A stretch of DNA of 63,715 nucleotides, the filler included, from Collodictyon triciliatum (Eukaryota), in NCBI GenBank assembly GCA_043381765.1. It is 6 parts of 6 records of this genome, joined end to end, with 100 filler letters (N's around TTAATTAATTAA, not from the genome) between each part and the next. Parts side by side here need not be neighbours in the genome. Positions count along the whole stretch, not along the records: positions 1 to 5,836 come from JBHJMP010000836.1; positions 5,937 to 21,716 come from JBHJMP010000837.1; 4 more parts are not named here. One strand, written 5' to 3'. Made by a program: the position numbers and the translations under genes. How positions within the stretch are numbered: the stretch's first letter is position 1; each line of letters starts with the position of its first letter. Below the pieces are notes generated by a model that was not told where the DNA came from, did no database searches, and saw only the letters and a program-made list of their open reading frames with translations. Below are positions 1 through 13,089 of the stretch, piece after piece.

Positions 1-99
1 AGGACAAAAATCCATGATATAGTTGATTATTAAGTCCGTGACGTGGTTTAAATGTACGGAAATATGCAAGGGGGGGGGGGGGGGGGGGGGGGAACTCAC

Positions 100-3000
100 G
101 TATATTCTTGCTAATCATTTGTTGAATATCCTCCTTCACCACAGAATTGTGCCTGCTTCCTGAGCGATCTCGAGTCCATATGGACAAGGCGTCAAAGAGA
201 GACTGAGTTTCTGGTTATTTTAAATGTATATTAAAAAATAAGACGGATTTCTTTAATTGTGTATAAAAGAAAAAACAGAAAATTGTATTGGCTTTGCAAT
301 CGATGCTTTGTAAATGAAATTACCCAACAGGGGTTCCGTGTGAAGTCGTACCCAAAACTGTGCATTCTCCCAACTGATGTGCGACTTTATGAACACCTAC
401 TCAATCAAATAGTCATGTATATAAATTAGAAAAAGTGTATCAATCCAAAATTAAAAATGTAAATCCTAATATCAACACAAATAATAAAAGCACTAGTATT
501 CGAATGTTTTTCGTAAGTTGAAAATTTATATATCATACTAGAAATGGAAATGTTGATGTTATGTCATCAGAGGTAAATATTGCAGCAACTTCCAAAACAT
601 ATTTCAAGAGCCCAAATGGAGCATTTTTGGAATCCTCATCAAGTATTTCGAGAATTAGATTCAAAGTGTCAGCAAGTTGGTACAAAGACTCTGGGGGCAG
701 GATGTGCAAGTCATTCTATTTTAAACCAGAAAATATTTTAATTCGCGTAAAGTATAGTTATGCTTTCCCACGCGAGACATTTTTTCCTTTTTCTGTTTTT
801 GGTTTGTTTTTTTAGTTTTTTTTTAGTTGTTGTTTTAGTTTGTTTTAATTTGTTGTTTTAGTTTGTTGTTTAGTTGTTTGGTTTGCTGTTTAGTTTGTTT
901 TTTAGTTGTTTGGTTTGTTGTTTAGTTTGTTTTTTAGTTGTTTGGTTTGTTGTTTTAGTTTGTTGTTTTAGTTTGTTGTTTTAGTTTGTTTTTTAGTTTG
1001 TTTTTTAGTTTGTTTTTTAGTTTGTTTTTTAGTTTGTTTTTTAGTTTGTTTTTTAGTTTGTTTTTTAGTTTGTTTTTTGGTTTCTTTTCTTTGGAATAGA
1101 GTCTTGTGGTATTATAAAGAGGCATTACTATTCGAGTAATTCATACTCTTTTCGAAGCACGAACTAACGAGCTTAAGTAATACTCTGTATACTTGCTAAT
1201 TTTAAATATTTCACTAATATTTGTATTTAAGTTAGTAATTTTTGTAAATAAAAAATTAGATTGTGTGTGTGTGTTGTTTCCATATGGCGTAGAATGTTTG
1301 TTGCATCTTTTTGTTTCTTTCTTTGTTGTCATAAGGGTGAAATAGGCCAATAAAAACGTACGATAATTGCTCGAATCTTTCCAAGGGAATGCGGTTGTTG
1401 ATAAACAATCTCCCTATTGTATCTCGAAGGACTTCTAGTTTTGTAATATGGTCATCTTCATCTAACGTATCAGATACACGGGAATCATTTTCGGTGGTGG
1501 ATACCTGTTGGCATAAAAAGGATAAGTAAAATCTACATAGCATAAAAGACTTCATGGTTTATTTATCTTATCATCCCCTCTTATTTGAGCGAGATGGTAA
1601 GTGATGTATAGTATACTTTAAAAAAAAAACAATCAATCCGATATATTTCAGCTTACCCCCTCCAATGAGGGGGAAATGGTTCAACTTACCTCCTGAATAG
1701 CCCATGGATTTTCTACAAGGGAGTCATCCAAGGCTGTAAGGCGCGTATAAGTATATCCTGTTTAAAAGTTTTAATTCCATAGGCTTTAAGATTTGAACAA
1801 ATTGGCGATTGTAGTCGTGATATAGTTTTTTTTCCTTTATTCGATTCAAAGGTAGTCGTGATATAGTTAAAATTATATGTTTCCTTGTAAGTATTGATGC
1901 TGAATCATAATGAAACGAAAGTGCACATAATATGTTCGATATTCCAGCCTCTGGCTATTAAACCTATTTCGGATGTATATTCTATCGGTTCAATATTAAG
2001 GAAGGATGATTCAGTCGATACAGGTAAATGAACATCCTCAAAATTCCTGCTTAAGATGTCCTCCTTGGTAGGTCGGTGGAGCTGGCTATCCAAGAAACAT
2101 GCAAATAGCTGTGTTTGCAGAAAAGATAACCAGAACTAAAAATAAATTTATTAAAAAAATGAGACATTGACAATCGAAATCAAGTAATGATGACAAACAA
2201 TCTGCCTCACAAACTACTTTTTCACGCTACCAAAGAAAAGAAAAGAAAAGAAAAGGGAAGGAACGAAGGAACGAAGGAACGAAGGAAGCTAAAATAAAAA
2301 ATGACATGGGATATTGTCTTCATCAGATAGTATATTTGCATATCGATATGACCTCATCAGTAGCTCGACCAGATAAGAATTTCGGTTCGTTGAATACAAT
2401 CACAGGATTTTCTCCATCCTCCAAGTATATTAAGCAGTCTCTATAGTCTTTCAGCATATCCTGGTATGCATTAAAAAATGCCTTTTTTATCGTTGTGAAA
2501 ATTTCCTGTGGGCGTGTTGGAGTGACGTATTCCTATTATATTATTTAAAATTATCATGAGAATAAGAAGGCAATTATATTCAAATAAAAATAAATCATCA
2601 TAGAATGTGAATTTTATATGCTTTAGAACGTGAGACAAAAAAAAAAAGAAAAGAAAAGAAACCCTGGCCTCGTATCTCCACCGAAGCTCATCGTATCTGT
2701 TCAGATAAGTCGAAGTTAGGGGAATAACCACTTCGCGTAGTCGTGTTTGGATGTATACAGGCAATGGTGGTGCAGGATTTGAGCTGTAGACTTTATTTTC
2801 ATCCAACATCACGACCGTTGCCTGTATCAACAAGAAAAATTAAAAACGTTGTTTCCTTCGGGCTGCAAATTGCGAATAAAGTTCTTGACAAAAATTGGTA
2901 GGATAAATTGTAAAGTAATTTTAACATGCAGAACGGAAAGGAAGAAAAATTAACTATGAAAGACTTCATTTCATTTTATTTTGTTTGAAAAGGATGAATG

Positions 3001-5500
3001 GCACTTGAGATATATGTTTCACTAAGTCGGAAAGGAAATTTTCGATAAGCCATATTATATAGGTCGTAATGATTCTAATATGAAAGCTAAAAAAAAAAAA
3101 AAAAAATACCCCAACATCGAGGATTGTGTGCAATGATATTTGTGACAGTAATTCGTCCGATATACCCATGATATATGAACCAGGTGCATGTATATAATCT
3201 GCTAGTTCGGATGGAAGGCATGGAATATAAGCCTGTTTCCACTGGAATGGATAAATCAACTGAAGGAGTGTCTGCAATCATGTATATGGATAAGTTATGG
3301 ATTATGCGAAAGTACGTCTCAAGTTTTTTTAAAAAAAAAAGGCAAGCATTTATAAATCTTTTTTCTGTGGAATGCTTTTGAGAGCTAAGAATAAAAACAA
3401 CAAATGTAGTTCAAAATGATTGCCTCAATAATTGTCGTCTGTATTCCCATTTGAGAAGAACAGAATACGATTTTATTTTCAGTCAATATAGTTGCAATAA
3501 CTTTCATAACGTTCCCAAATGTCAAACTTTTGAACAATGGCCACCAAGAAAACTGTCGCATAAAATTAAAATATAAGTAATTATCAACTAACAATACGTA
3601 TGATATATGGAGCATGGAGAACAGAGTTTGTCGTATTTGAATAGCGCTTGCTTCACCTGGATATTTTCCTCGTTCGATATGTTGGGTCCGTATAATACAT
3701 AATCATTGAACATTATTTGCATCTGAGTCGTTAGTTCAGGAGCTGGCAATCGACCAACAGACGACATGATAAAGGATTCTAAAGGGAAGTCTGGAAGCCT
3801 GGGTATATGCTTAATGACCTAATTGGACATTATTCACCCAAATGAATCTTTTTTGTTATTGAATTGATTTGGAAAAAAATAAATTGTATATATGGATATG
3901 TTTTTTCAATCAAATTGGACTATAAATGTGTCTAGTATGTTTTTACATGGTAGGTATGCGTTGAAAAATCTCTGAGTATGTTGAGTATTAAGTGGCGCGA
4001 TAGATAGCAAATTGCTCGAGGAATATATCTAGTCTTGGTCTATTCAAGTAAATCAGTTTCTGGTAATAGGGGACTTGATGAAAAAGGGAATTTTTTGTAT
4101 TTAACGTTTTATATTGAGAATATCATAACATCTGTTGTTTCCAACCTGAAACCTGTCTGTTCCAGGTATTTCATGTCTCTTGCTCAATACTTCGGCCTCA
4201 TCAGAAGTCTAGAAAGTATATATGAAGAGAATCATTTGAAAATAATACAAAATCATGTTTCATATCCACCATCCTGCACAAAATTGAAAGGAAGAATAAA
4301 AAAAATAAAAAAAATCATGTTTGAAACAGCCATTATTGCTCGGGGAGCAAACGAAAGTATAATATTCATCATTCTAGATATGTTTTTTAAGTAGCGTGAA
4401 CGCTTGAAAGCAAATAAATGCATTTTAAGTCAATACAGATGAAGAAAAACCTGATTATCTGTATGAATATGGATTTGTTCAGTATAAACAACAACAGAAC
4501 CATATAAACGATTCCCATCCACATCCGTTAGCACAAAGAAATGGGAAACCGGGTCTTTTTCTTTTTCAAGTAAAGACATCCCCATAGGAAAGCAAAACTG
4601 TAAATATAGTCATTATTTTATCTGCATGCAAACGTAAGAAACCATATGGAAATTAAATGAGTGATGTTTTTAGTAAAATAATGAATTCAAAAAACGAAAC
4701 ACTATGACTCTGACATTTGTGTGGTGCGTATAATTGTATTATACGAACCATATGAACAAAAGGTGGGAGCTCACAGTCAGGATAATCATCGGAAGGATAC
4801 CGGTATAAAGTCTTTGGTGTGACAATTCCATCACCTGTTTTTTTTTTATTATTATTATTATCATCATCATTATTCTAGACAATAAATGAGAAAAATTGCT
4901 TTTCAGCTAAATGAATAGGAGAAAGCAACATGTTTTTTTTTCGTGTCTTTATGAGCGTGCTTAAGAGAAGAAAGAAAATCTGAGATTGATAGGAGAAAGC
5001 AACATGAATAGATAGGAAATGACGGAGTTGTAGCTTCTATTATTGAGTGAAGAAAAATAAAGGGATGTACTGATTAGACTTCTAGTTAGTACCATTCGGA
5101 GGAATGGTGTCTGCCCCAACTAAAACGAAAAACTCAATCAACCTCGAAGAGGGAACTTTGGCTTCTTCAAAGCTTGGGGCACCCTTAAAAGTGGAGAAGT
5201 TGAAGTAAGAGAAGACGAGATAAGACGATAAAAGAATAACCCATTGAAAGGAAAAATAGAATAAACATACAAGAGCGTAAGACGTAAGCAGAAATAAAAT
5301 ATGAAGAAATAAAAAAAAATATTCCAAAAGGAAAAGAAAAAAAAAAGAAAAAAGAAAACGGAGCGATTCTTGGCAAATCATCTAATTCTTTTTGTCTATA
5401 TGTACATATTCGCTGGGACACTTGCGAATGTGGACTTTTTACGAAGCTCAGCAACAAGCAAAGGAGAAAAGCTTGGCGCGCAAACCTGAATGACGAGCAT
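100..5500 (-). CDS. DENN-domain Rab GEF with SBF2/MADD-like C-terminal helical region (multi-exon, 3' end runs off the window)
   Basis: Spliced exons read LIEFFVLVG, LYRYPSDDYPDCELPPFVHM|FCFPMG, HFFVLTDVDGNRLYG (uDENN), ILTENKIVFCS, LIYPFQWKQAYIPCLP (cDENN), TQLFACFLD (dDENN) and SHISWENAQFWVRL (SBF2-like). The start at 5500 (MLVIQ|GT) is tentative. Confidence 0.88.
810..1080. repeat. Degenerate (TTTGTTTTTTAG)n minisatellite in a DENN intron
   Basis: Tandem 11-12-mers visible directly, becoming more homogeneous toward 1080. Confidence 0.9.
1811..1868 (-). mobile_element. Family A micro-retroposon with perfect 17-bp TSD
   Basis: GTAGTCGTGATATAGTT (1811-1827), then T6-CCTTTATTCGATTCAAAG (1828-1851), then GTAGTCGTGATATAGTT (1852-1868). 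Confidence 0.93.
4249..4322 (+). mobile_element. Family B micro-retroposon with 12-bp TSD
   Basis: AAAATCATGTTT flanks CATATCCACCATCCTGCACAAAATTGAAAGGAAGAATAAA-An. The core is identical to the copy at 6.9 kb. Confidence 0.88.
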
Positions 5501-5880
5501 TATTCAAGCCTACTTCGCTCGGCCCCTGGTGCGCCAGTTCTTTAAGTCAACCAAATAAGAAAGGAAAATAGGACTACTTGGAAGTTCGCTGAGTTATAGC
5601 AACATAGGCCGGACACAGAGTAGAGAAATGTGTAATATGTCTACGAACACTAACGATACAGACTCTTTTTTTTTTCTTTTTTCTTTTTTGCTCTTTTTTT
5701 GTTTCGTTTCGTTTTGTTTCGTTTNNNNNNNNNNNNNNNNNNNNNNNNNNNNNNNNNNNNNNNNNNNNNNNNNNNNNNNNNNNNNNNNNNNNNNNNNNNN
5801 NNNNNNNNNNNNNNNNNNGTATAGAGAGGGAGGGGANNNNNNNNNNNNNNNNNNNNNNNNNNNNNNNNNNNNNNNNNNNN

Positions 5881-5892
5881 TTAATTAATTAA
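5881..5892. other. Artificial contig linker TTAATTAATTAA inside N runs (also 21761-21772, 36402-36413, 54490-54501, 61727-61738)
   Basis: The same 12-mer with stops in all six frames sits between N runs five times. Confidence 0.97.
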
Positions 5893-6161
5893 NNNNNNNN
5901 NNNNNNNNNNNNNNNNNNNNNNNNNNNNNNNNNNNNTTTTTTTTTTTTTTCCCCCCTTCGCTCCAACCTCGCCATCGCAACCAACACAGCAACTGTCAAA
6001 CATGACGTGAGCGATGCAAAAGCACCAGCGAATGATGCCCAAATCTGATGGCTTTAATAATACGCAAAGAGTTATCCAGCGACAGCTCCAGATTATATTA
6101 TGAAATCAGCTGGCTTGTGATGATTGAGAGAAATAGTAACCTTTACCCCATTTATGTTTTC

Positions 6162-6226
<65 letters not shown>

Positions 6227-6409
6227 CTCTCTTTGTTCTTCAGTCTTTGTTCAGACACGCTCCACGAGAACGTTTGGAGGGAATTGAAGAGAACGAAAAG
6301 ACACTTTTTATATTGTCTGCATATTCACCTCCCTCTGCTTTCTTCCTGAAATTTTTTTTCTGACAAGTTTTTTTCTGATGCTTCAAAAGCGCAGCCTTTA
6401 AGTCGACGC

Positions 6410-7822
6410 CTAAGCCATGTGAGAGGCCAGCCAATTGAGCCCCTCCTCCAAACCCTGTCCTGTCAAACCATTGCTTGCGCTACGCCGAATGAATGATTAC
6501 TCAGCAGAATAAAACAATCCCTGTTTGCACCGTTCTCAATGGTAAAAGATGCGCTATCAATTGCTAATGAAATGAATATGGGATATGGGATATGCATACG
6601 TGATGTGCCACGGTTTGTCTGTGATTTTGTCCAGCTCCATTCCTTGCACACATTCAACTGGAGTCATTCCGTTTGGCAAGTCCATCTTGTTTGCAAAGAA
6701 AAGAACGGGGATTTTCCGCGATTTGATATCTGGAATATGATATTCTGAGAAAAATTTGCAAGCTGGAAAAAGTTTATGCGGAAAAAAAAATACAAAGTAT
6801 ACCGATGATGATAAAGTTTATGAAAATAAGAAAATGGCTATGCAAAATGATTACAGAAAAAAAAACATATAGAAGGGAACATGAGTATTGACGGACCACC
6901 ATCCTGCACAAAATTGAAAGGAAGAATAAAAAAAAAATGAGTATTGACGGACCAGGATGTTCCAAGAGAACTTCTAGCTCGTCCTTGGCAACACACAGTC
7001 TCATCTTATCGCTTGTGTCGATGACAAATATGATTGCCTACCACAAAAAAGTGTAAGAGAACACCCATTTTTTCAAGGATGAAAAAGCCGCTGGTATATG
7101 GATGTTTACTGTAAATACCTGAGTCTCCTTGTAATAGTGTTCCCAAAGATTACGGTACTTTCCCTGTCCAGACATATCAAACACTGTGAAGTTGATGTTA
7201 TTCTTTGTGAATTCTTCCATATGAAAGCCGACTGTTGGAACCACTTCGAGTGAGACGGCCTTCATAAGAGCAATCATTTGAATATAATGGCAATGTGGTG
7301 GTCAGAACAAAATATTATAATGAAGAGAAAGCAAAATGATTGCGAGACTCCAGTGGATGATTCATCTTAAGTTCATAGTTCAGTAAGGAATTAATCCAAA
7401 AAGATATTACGTGAGGTTATACAGAAAAATATAGCGATAAATGAGGCAATTCTTTCGATGTTGGGATGAAAGTCATGTAATCGTGATGACAGAAGAGTAA
7501 GTTTTGTCCAAACCTTCTTTGGTTTAAGTCTGTTGATAATCGTAGATTTTCCGGAGTTATCCAAGCCAACACACAGCAAACGCATCTTTGCTTTGCTCAT
7601 TCCAAACCGAGAGAACAGCATCTACACAAGTGATTGTTACACAGAGGAAACCAGGGTATTGCTTACGGTCGAATCGGTTATCAATCAATAAAGAAATATA
7701 CCAAGCAAAGTAAAAACCAGTTAGATAAAAAAAAAACCAAGCTTTCAGGCTTGTGTGTGGAACAACAAATAAAAGGTTTGGGAGTTGGAGAACCAATAGC
7801 CGCTTACTTTGAAGAACCCCAT
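6410..7822 (-). CDS. ARL6: ADP-ribosylation factor-like 6 (BBS3), ciliary small GTPase, 6 exons
   Basis: MGFFK|MLFSRFG...[85 protein letters not shown], with GT-AG introns. Confidence 0.95.
6881..6954 (+). mobile_element. Family B micro-retroposon with perfect 18-bp TSD overlapping an ARL6 splice donor
   Basis: ATGAGTATTGACGGACCA (6881-6898 and 6937-6954) flanks CCATCCTGCACAAAATTGAAAGGAAGAATA-An. Confidence 0.93.
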
Positions 7823-8443
7823 CGTTGCAGAGAGAGACTGACGCCGCTTGCTATGTGGATGTGTTCCTGTAAATCGTCCAACTCCTCTGTTGGCCCACGA
7901 GTGCCGGAGATACTGAGAACACAACAAAGCGATCAACTCATTTCCTTCATCAAAGTAAGAGAGGTTGTGTAGTTATCGCCACGTCCTTTCTCAACCCAGT
8001 AACAGCGATCTGAAAATACGCCAGCCACCCAACACGCCCTTTTTTCGGGGGCAACTTCATATTATCAAGATCGTTTTCGTGCAAACGTCGATTAGGTTTC
8101 TTGCTTAAGCCTCAGCTTCACAGATTCTCAGTAGGTCTTTGGCAGATCTGCCGATTCCACTTAAGTCTCCTCACGGCTGCTTCTTACTTGTTCGTCTCTT
8201 ATTTTCTTCTGGCACGACGCGATTGCAGCCCTGATCTTCACCCGCCGCTCGGAAACTCTCCCACTTCTGATCGAAAACCGCCGATAATTCTTTGAAAAAA
8301 TTATATGTGGAAATTAAAATTCTACTTATAAAATATAATTCATCAGTGCCTCAAACAATCGTCACTTATGATTAGTTTAAACACAGAACCAAAATTTGAC
8401 TTGAAATTATATTATATACCTTAAGTAATCCTTCCACATTGTA

Positions 8444-9777
8444 ATGCTCAACAAAATGCGATTGTGCTGCTTTTGCGATTCTCAACGCGGACTTCGCAAG
8501 TTGCAGCCAGTTCTACTTCGCCCGGCGCTGGTGCGAAGACCCGTGCAAGGAAGCCGCATGCAAGTCTGCCTGAGCGGACAGTATTTTTGTATGGTGTCGA
8601 GCAAGTCGTTTATTTTTTTTTCCTTTATTCGATTCAAAGCGAGCAAGTCGTTTATAACAAGAACAAGTCCCACAGGCTCACAGATGCGCTCGCCTCCTTC
8701 TTGAAAGCAAACAAACTTTGGGAAGAGTCCATCCAACTGCGCTTACTGGACAGCGAAGGCCTTTGCCTGGTCGCCTTCCGCACTGCAGAAAACGCCCGAA
8801 AACTTCTAGAGCTGAAGCAGGTAAGTCCGATCAATATTACGATCAGCTTCAGCCGAAGTAAACCAACAGAGACCTTGGTGATGCTCTGCCAACTACCGCT
8901 GGACGTGTGGCCGCAACTGCTTCATGATATGCTGAAGCCGTTCAGACCGACCCACGTGTGAAAATCAAAAAGACAAAGGCTTCTTCCCAGACACGGCTGT
9001 GGTAAAGCTTCTTTGTCACAATAATAAACTCTACAAAAAGTTTACGGTCATGGGTAAAAAGTGTCCAAACTGCATCCTCAAAGAGCGTCCGCCAGCCGAG
9101 AACAACGAACGACTAGAAAAAGCCCCAGCAAAAGAATACACCCACCAAGCAGACAAGCAGCAACGGGGTCAAGGAAGCCAAGGCCAGGCAACAGCAAAGT
9201 TCGTAAGACTCACAGCAGATACGTGCATACAGCGACAGCGATAATGACATGGAAGGAAATACCGGTTCCTTTTCAGAATCCTCGCACTCGAGCCCTTCAC
9301 CAACACTGGACAAGCCCGCACATCGCAAGACCCAAGAGTAGAGTATCCATTCATCTGCCAGTCTGGAACAAGACTAGAAACCCAATTTAAAGCTCAATCA
9401 TTCGACTAGAATCGCCCGTTAGTGGAGCTCCTTTGTCATGAATTCATTTCATCAACCCTTTTCCTATACATTTATGACTATGGGTTGATTGACGTCATAC
9501 AGATATCTTCCCTCAACGACTTCCTTCTCCACCTTCGAGTTCTTCATCCTTCAGACCATGTGAGAGGGCACGTGTGAAAGAGGCAGTGAAATACATTACA
9601 TCGCATCTTGCCTCATACAAGCACAAGACTCGGACCACAGGTCAACCCGCCGGTTGCAATTCCTGATAATCGACTACTTCGCCGCCCGGCCTCAAGTAGC
9701 GTCCATGCAAAGATGCATAGCGTAACAAAGCCAAAACCTGCTCCATCTAGAACTGAATTAAACAAAAGATTAAAAGG
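8444..9777 (+). mobile_element. Degenerate, internally deleted non-LTR retroelement related to family B (ORF1-like RRM remnant plus ORF C-terminus and 3' UTR, no RT seen)
   Basis: Intronless broken ORF 8464-9244 with RRM-like pattern (LCLVAFRTAENARKLL, LCQLPLDV...MLKPF) and an in-frame TGA at 8959. 9560-9750 aligns by eye with the minus-strand family B copy at 49.8-50.07 kb (shared CAAGACTC, TGCAATTCCTGAT, GTAGCGTCCA, CAAAGCCAAA). The ORF1 identity is inference. Confidence 0.65.
8598..8655 (-). mobile_element. Family A micro-retroposon with perfect 16-bp TSD, nested in-frame in the older element
   Basis: CGAGCAAGTCGTTTAT, T8-CCTTTATTCGATTCAAAG, CGAGCAAGTCGTTTAT. Net 42 nt, translated as EQVVY-FFFLYSIQS-EQVVY. 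Confidence 0.93.
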
Positions 9778-10296
9778 CTTCGAATTGAATAAGGAGGAGG
9801 ATGTATGAATAAAATAACAGCACCTATAATTTTTATTCCATTTTTATTATTCTGTAATCTCTTCATTTTGTTTCTTAGTATCTTTCTTGGGTTTATTTTA
9901 TACATTAAATTTCCTATTTTTTTATTTATTTTCTTTCTTATTTCAAATGTAAATAATATGAACTGCTACTTACAATCTGGGGCTTCAGCACATCGCTGGC
10001 GGCTCGCTCATACGATGGGGTTGATATCCTTGATATTCGTCTGGTAAGCGGATGTAAAATACAATTAACTATTTATGGAATTTATAGTAAACTCACATTT
10101 AAGCTAAATTGTACGCACAGAAACATTTCAAATATAAATATAACCCATTTAATGAGCATTAAACTATTATTACATTTTAACACACAATCGCCGTTTGCAA
10201 GGAGTTTGACGCGTGACTATTTTTTGAGCAAACAGGAAATGCCAGCGTCAAACAAGAGCAAAGGGAATCTAACAAAGCAGCTGTTGGTAACGCAGT

Positions 10297-12284
10297 ATGA
10301 AGGTCAAGCCATTCCAGAGCGAAGGATCCAGCGAGAACAAAACGCAGAGGAAAGCGGGATGGATCGGGGGCAACAGATACCTCAAGTCTACAAGCACCAT
10401 TGGACATGGCACTGGCACCAACGCCGCTGAGAGAACGACTCGAGTTAGCGAAATGATCGCCGTCGCTCCGAACGGCTCCACAAACGATGTGGAGCAGAGT
10501 GAAGGGATAACCATGGAGATGGATCAATCACCACCAAAGAATCAAGGCGACGAAAGACAGAGAAACGTAAGCAACGAAACCATCACACTTATCCTGCGAG
10601 AAAATAATAAGGTAATTGAAAAAAAGAAAACTTTGGTATCGATGATAGTCAAAAACAAAACCTTGTCAAGAATGTATATCGGTATTTACAAAAACAGGAT
10701 TGTATCGGCCTTGATTTCTTTGTCTTGGGTTGTGTGTACGATAAACTCTCTGTCTATATGTATGGGGAGGCCGCTCATGGCCGAAAGTATCTACATACCT
10801 ATTCAGGTTTTTTGCACAACCAACTACCTACTTCACCATGCAATTTTTTTTCGAGTCTCGGTTGTTCTGGAGTTAACCCGTTCATTTAATTTTTGGTTCA
10901 CATTGCTAAATGTAGCTTCGTTTCACATTTGTCTTTACTTGATATGCGGTGTAACATTATACAATCTTGCAGCAGCAGTCCATTCATTCAAAAGTTTGGT
11001 TCTGTTGCTTTTGCTTTATGATGCACACGCTGCCAAAAATACTATACAAATGAAGGTATCCCTATTTCTTGGTATTCTAGCATATATTCCTGTTTTAGTT
11101 TCCATTTTATTCGGTCTGAGAAATTTCGAATACGAAAAAATATACTCTTCTTCGGTTGACATTGAATTGATAGATGTTAGACTTCAAGCAGTAGACAATC
11201 TTGCTACAATTATAGTATATCTGCTTCGTATTTTTTGGACTAATGTAATTGCTAAAAAGTCAACTTCGCTGGCATTTTGCTCTCATTACTATGAAATTAT
11301 GGACAAAATCTACATTCCAGATAATGGCCATTCGGAAGCAGAGGACCCAGTTTTGGATTCTGATCATTTCTTTTCTAATAATTTACACAAAGTAATCCCT
11401 GTCGGAGCGGTAGTCGAAGGTCCTTCGTCGACTCAGATGCAAGTGCACACTGATATAAACAATGAAAGCCAAAAAGATACCTTGGAAGTTAATCCATCAA
11501 AAAAAGGACAGATTTAATGACGGACACTCATCAACTAACTCAAATAAGCTCTGGGGATAAACTTTTGATTGGTATAATTCAATATAGGCAGATGCAGTAT
11601 AGTTTGCATGATACCTTATTTCATAAATACATTTCTAGGAGATTTCCCATAATCGAAAGAATTATATGATCGAAGTACTACCATGGCGCTGGATTGATAA
11701 TTTTTGTTATTTCTTTTGCTTTCTCGCTCCTTCAGTCAATAGCAATACAATTCGATCCTATATTGGAGTATATTGGATGCGCAGTAACTTTGATTACAAT
11801 GGTCAATATGATTGTACAAATGATTTTCACATCGAATATCTTTATGGTCCAACAAATGCTTCGTTCCTTTGATTTCTGGTATGTGATATTTCTTATTTCC
11901 AGAGTCATTTTATCATCGGGCATTCTATGTAGATGGGATATTCGAATGATTTCGTGGGTCTTTTGCTCGCTCTCACTGGTTCGCTGTATCATGACAGACA
12001 CTTTGCACGTAAAATCAAGAGGTGTCTCTAAATTTGCAATTTTAGGGGGTTTATGGTCGTTTGTGGTGGGTGTTATGTGCAAACTCAATATCGGTGATAC
12101 ATTCGTACAAGACCGAGATGTCGATATCCTGAAAATGCAATATATTTCTTCTCGAATAACTCTATCTACATCGCTATTCTCAATAAGTATATTTGCTTTT
12201 CGGTTCTTCTGGACTTACCGAGTGAACAAATGGCGCATTTTTTTCATTACTGAGAATGTAAAAGTCGAACAAATCAGGCAGTAG
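10297..12284 (+). pseudogene. Intronless two-repeat polytopic membrane protein, disrupted (frameshift near 11500 and in-frame TGA at 11667)
   Basis: Two hydrophobic halves share a motif (ELTRSFNFWF / QMLRSFDFWY, then LLYDAHA / IMTDTLH). The second half's frame stays open upstream to an A7 run near 11500 except for one TGA (IERII*SKYY). Confidence 0.55.
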
Positions 12285-13089
12285 CATGTTCAAATGTGAT
12301 GCATCTATTGCTCACCTTCGCATTAAAATAAACCCTATCTTAAAATTCAAAAACGTGGACTACCCTTTTGAATTATCCCAAATATGAATAAAAATACCTT
12401 CCTTTTTTTTTTGTTTTATAAGGGTCGAACCAAAAATATAGAGACTATGCAGCAAGAAAAAGCTATGGAATCCCAGACCAGTTGAAGCATCTCACTGAAA
12501 CAAACTCTGCGGTGATAAAAGTAGTGCGGTGTGAGCTTGATTGACATTTTCTACTGGGTAACCCAACCACACGCACAAACTATCCATTTAGGCTCCTTTT
12601 GAACTCTAATGCTCTATATCAATGCGTTTATCGTTGTTTATTGCTTTTTTTAACTTTCCCTTCATTTTGTGCAAAAAGCGTGGCTTTGGTCTCGCTTTGC
12701 TGGCCTTCGTTTACATGAATGCTAGTTGGACCCAACTGACGTGGAAATATTGGTTTAAATGAGCGGAGCTATTTTGAAGAGGTATGGGACTTAATGCAGT
12801 CCCAACGAAGTCCGCCTGGCACAACGACCAAGATGAATGCAATTTAGAGATACATGAAATTATATTTGTATCACAAAAACAGGAAGTATATTTCTTTTTT
12901 TTTAAAAAAAAAAAAACACACACACATTCATGTGGAATAAAAAGGAGCTAGATAGGAATAATATACATTATGTGTTGTCGTTTTCGGTGCGACTGTGGCC
13001 TCTCTGGATTTCGGCTGAACCTTGTAGCTGTAATGAGCTTTGTGACAAGAGAAAATGAAAAAATTGGCACAGAATAATATTTTTTTAGA

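Noticed and set aside
810-1080. Telomeric repeat or CRISPR-like array
   Set aside because: It is an intronic low-complexity minisatellite with no GGG runs and no unique spacers.
1828-1851. TTTCCTTTATTCGATTCAAAG as a relic spliced leader
   Set aside because: It is not at gene 5' ends, it has TSDs, and it is the reverse complement of the poly(A)-proximal end of longer ORF-bearing copies.
8598-8655. Precise splicing-out of the in-ORF insertion as a true introner
   Set aside because: No GT or GC donor is placed to restore the original sequence with the element's AG. The nearby GTs would shift the frame.
11667-11669. TGA reassignment (Trp or Sec) suggested by in-frame TGAs at 11667 and 8959
   Set aside because: PHF5A, ABCB, FOP and KCMF1 end at TGA, conserved Trp residues use TGG, and both TGAs lie in loci with other lesions.
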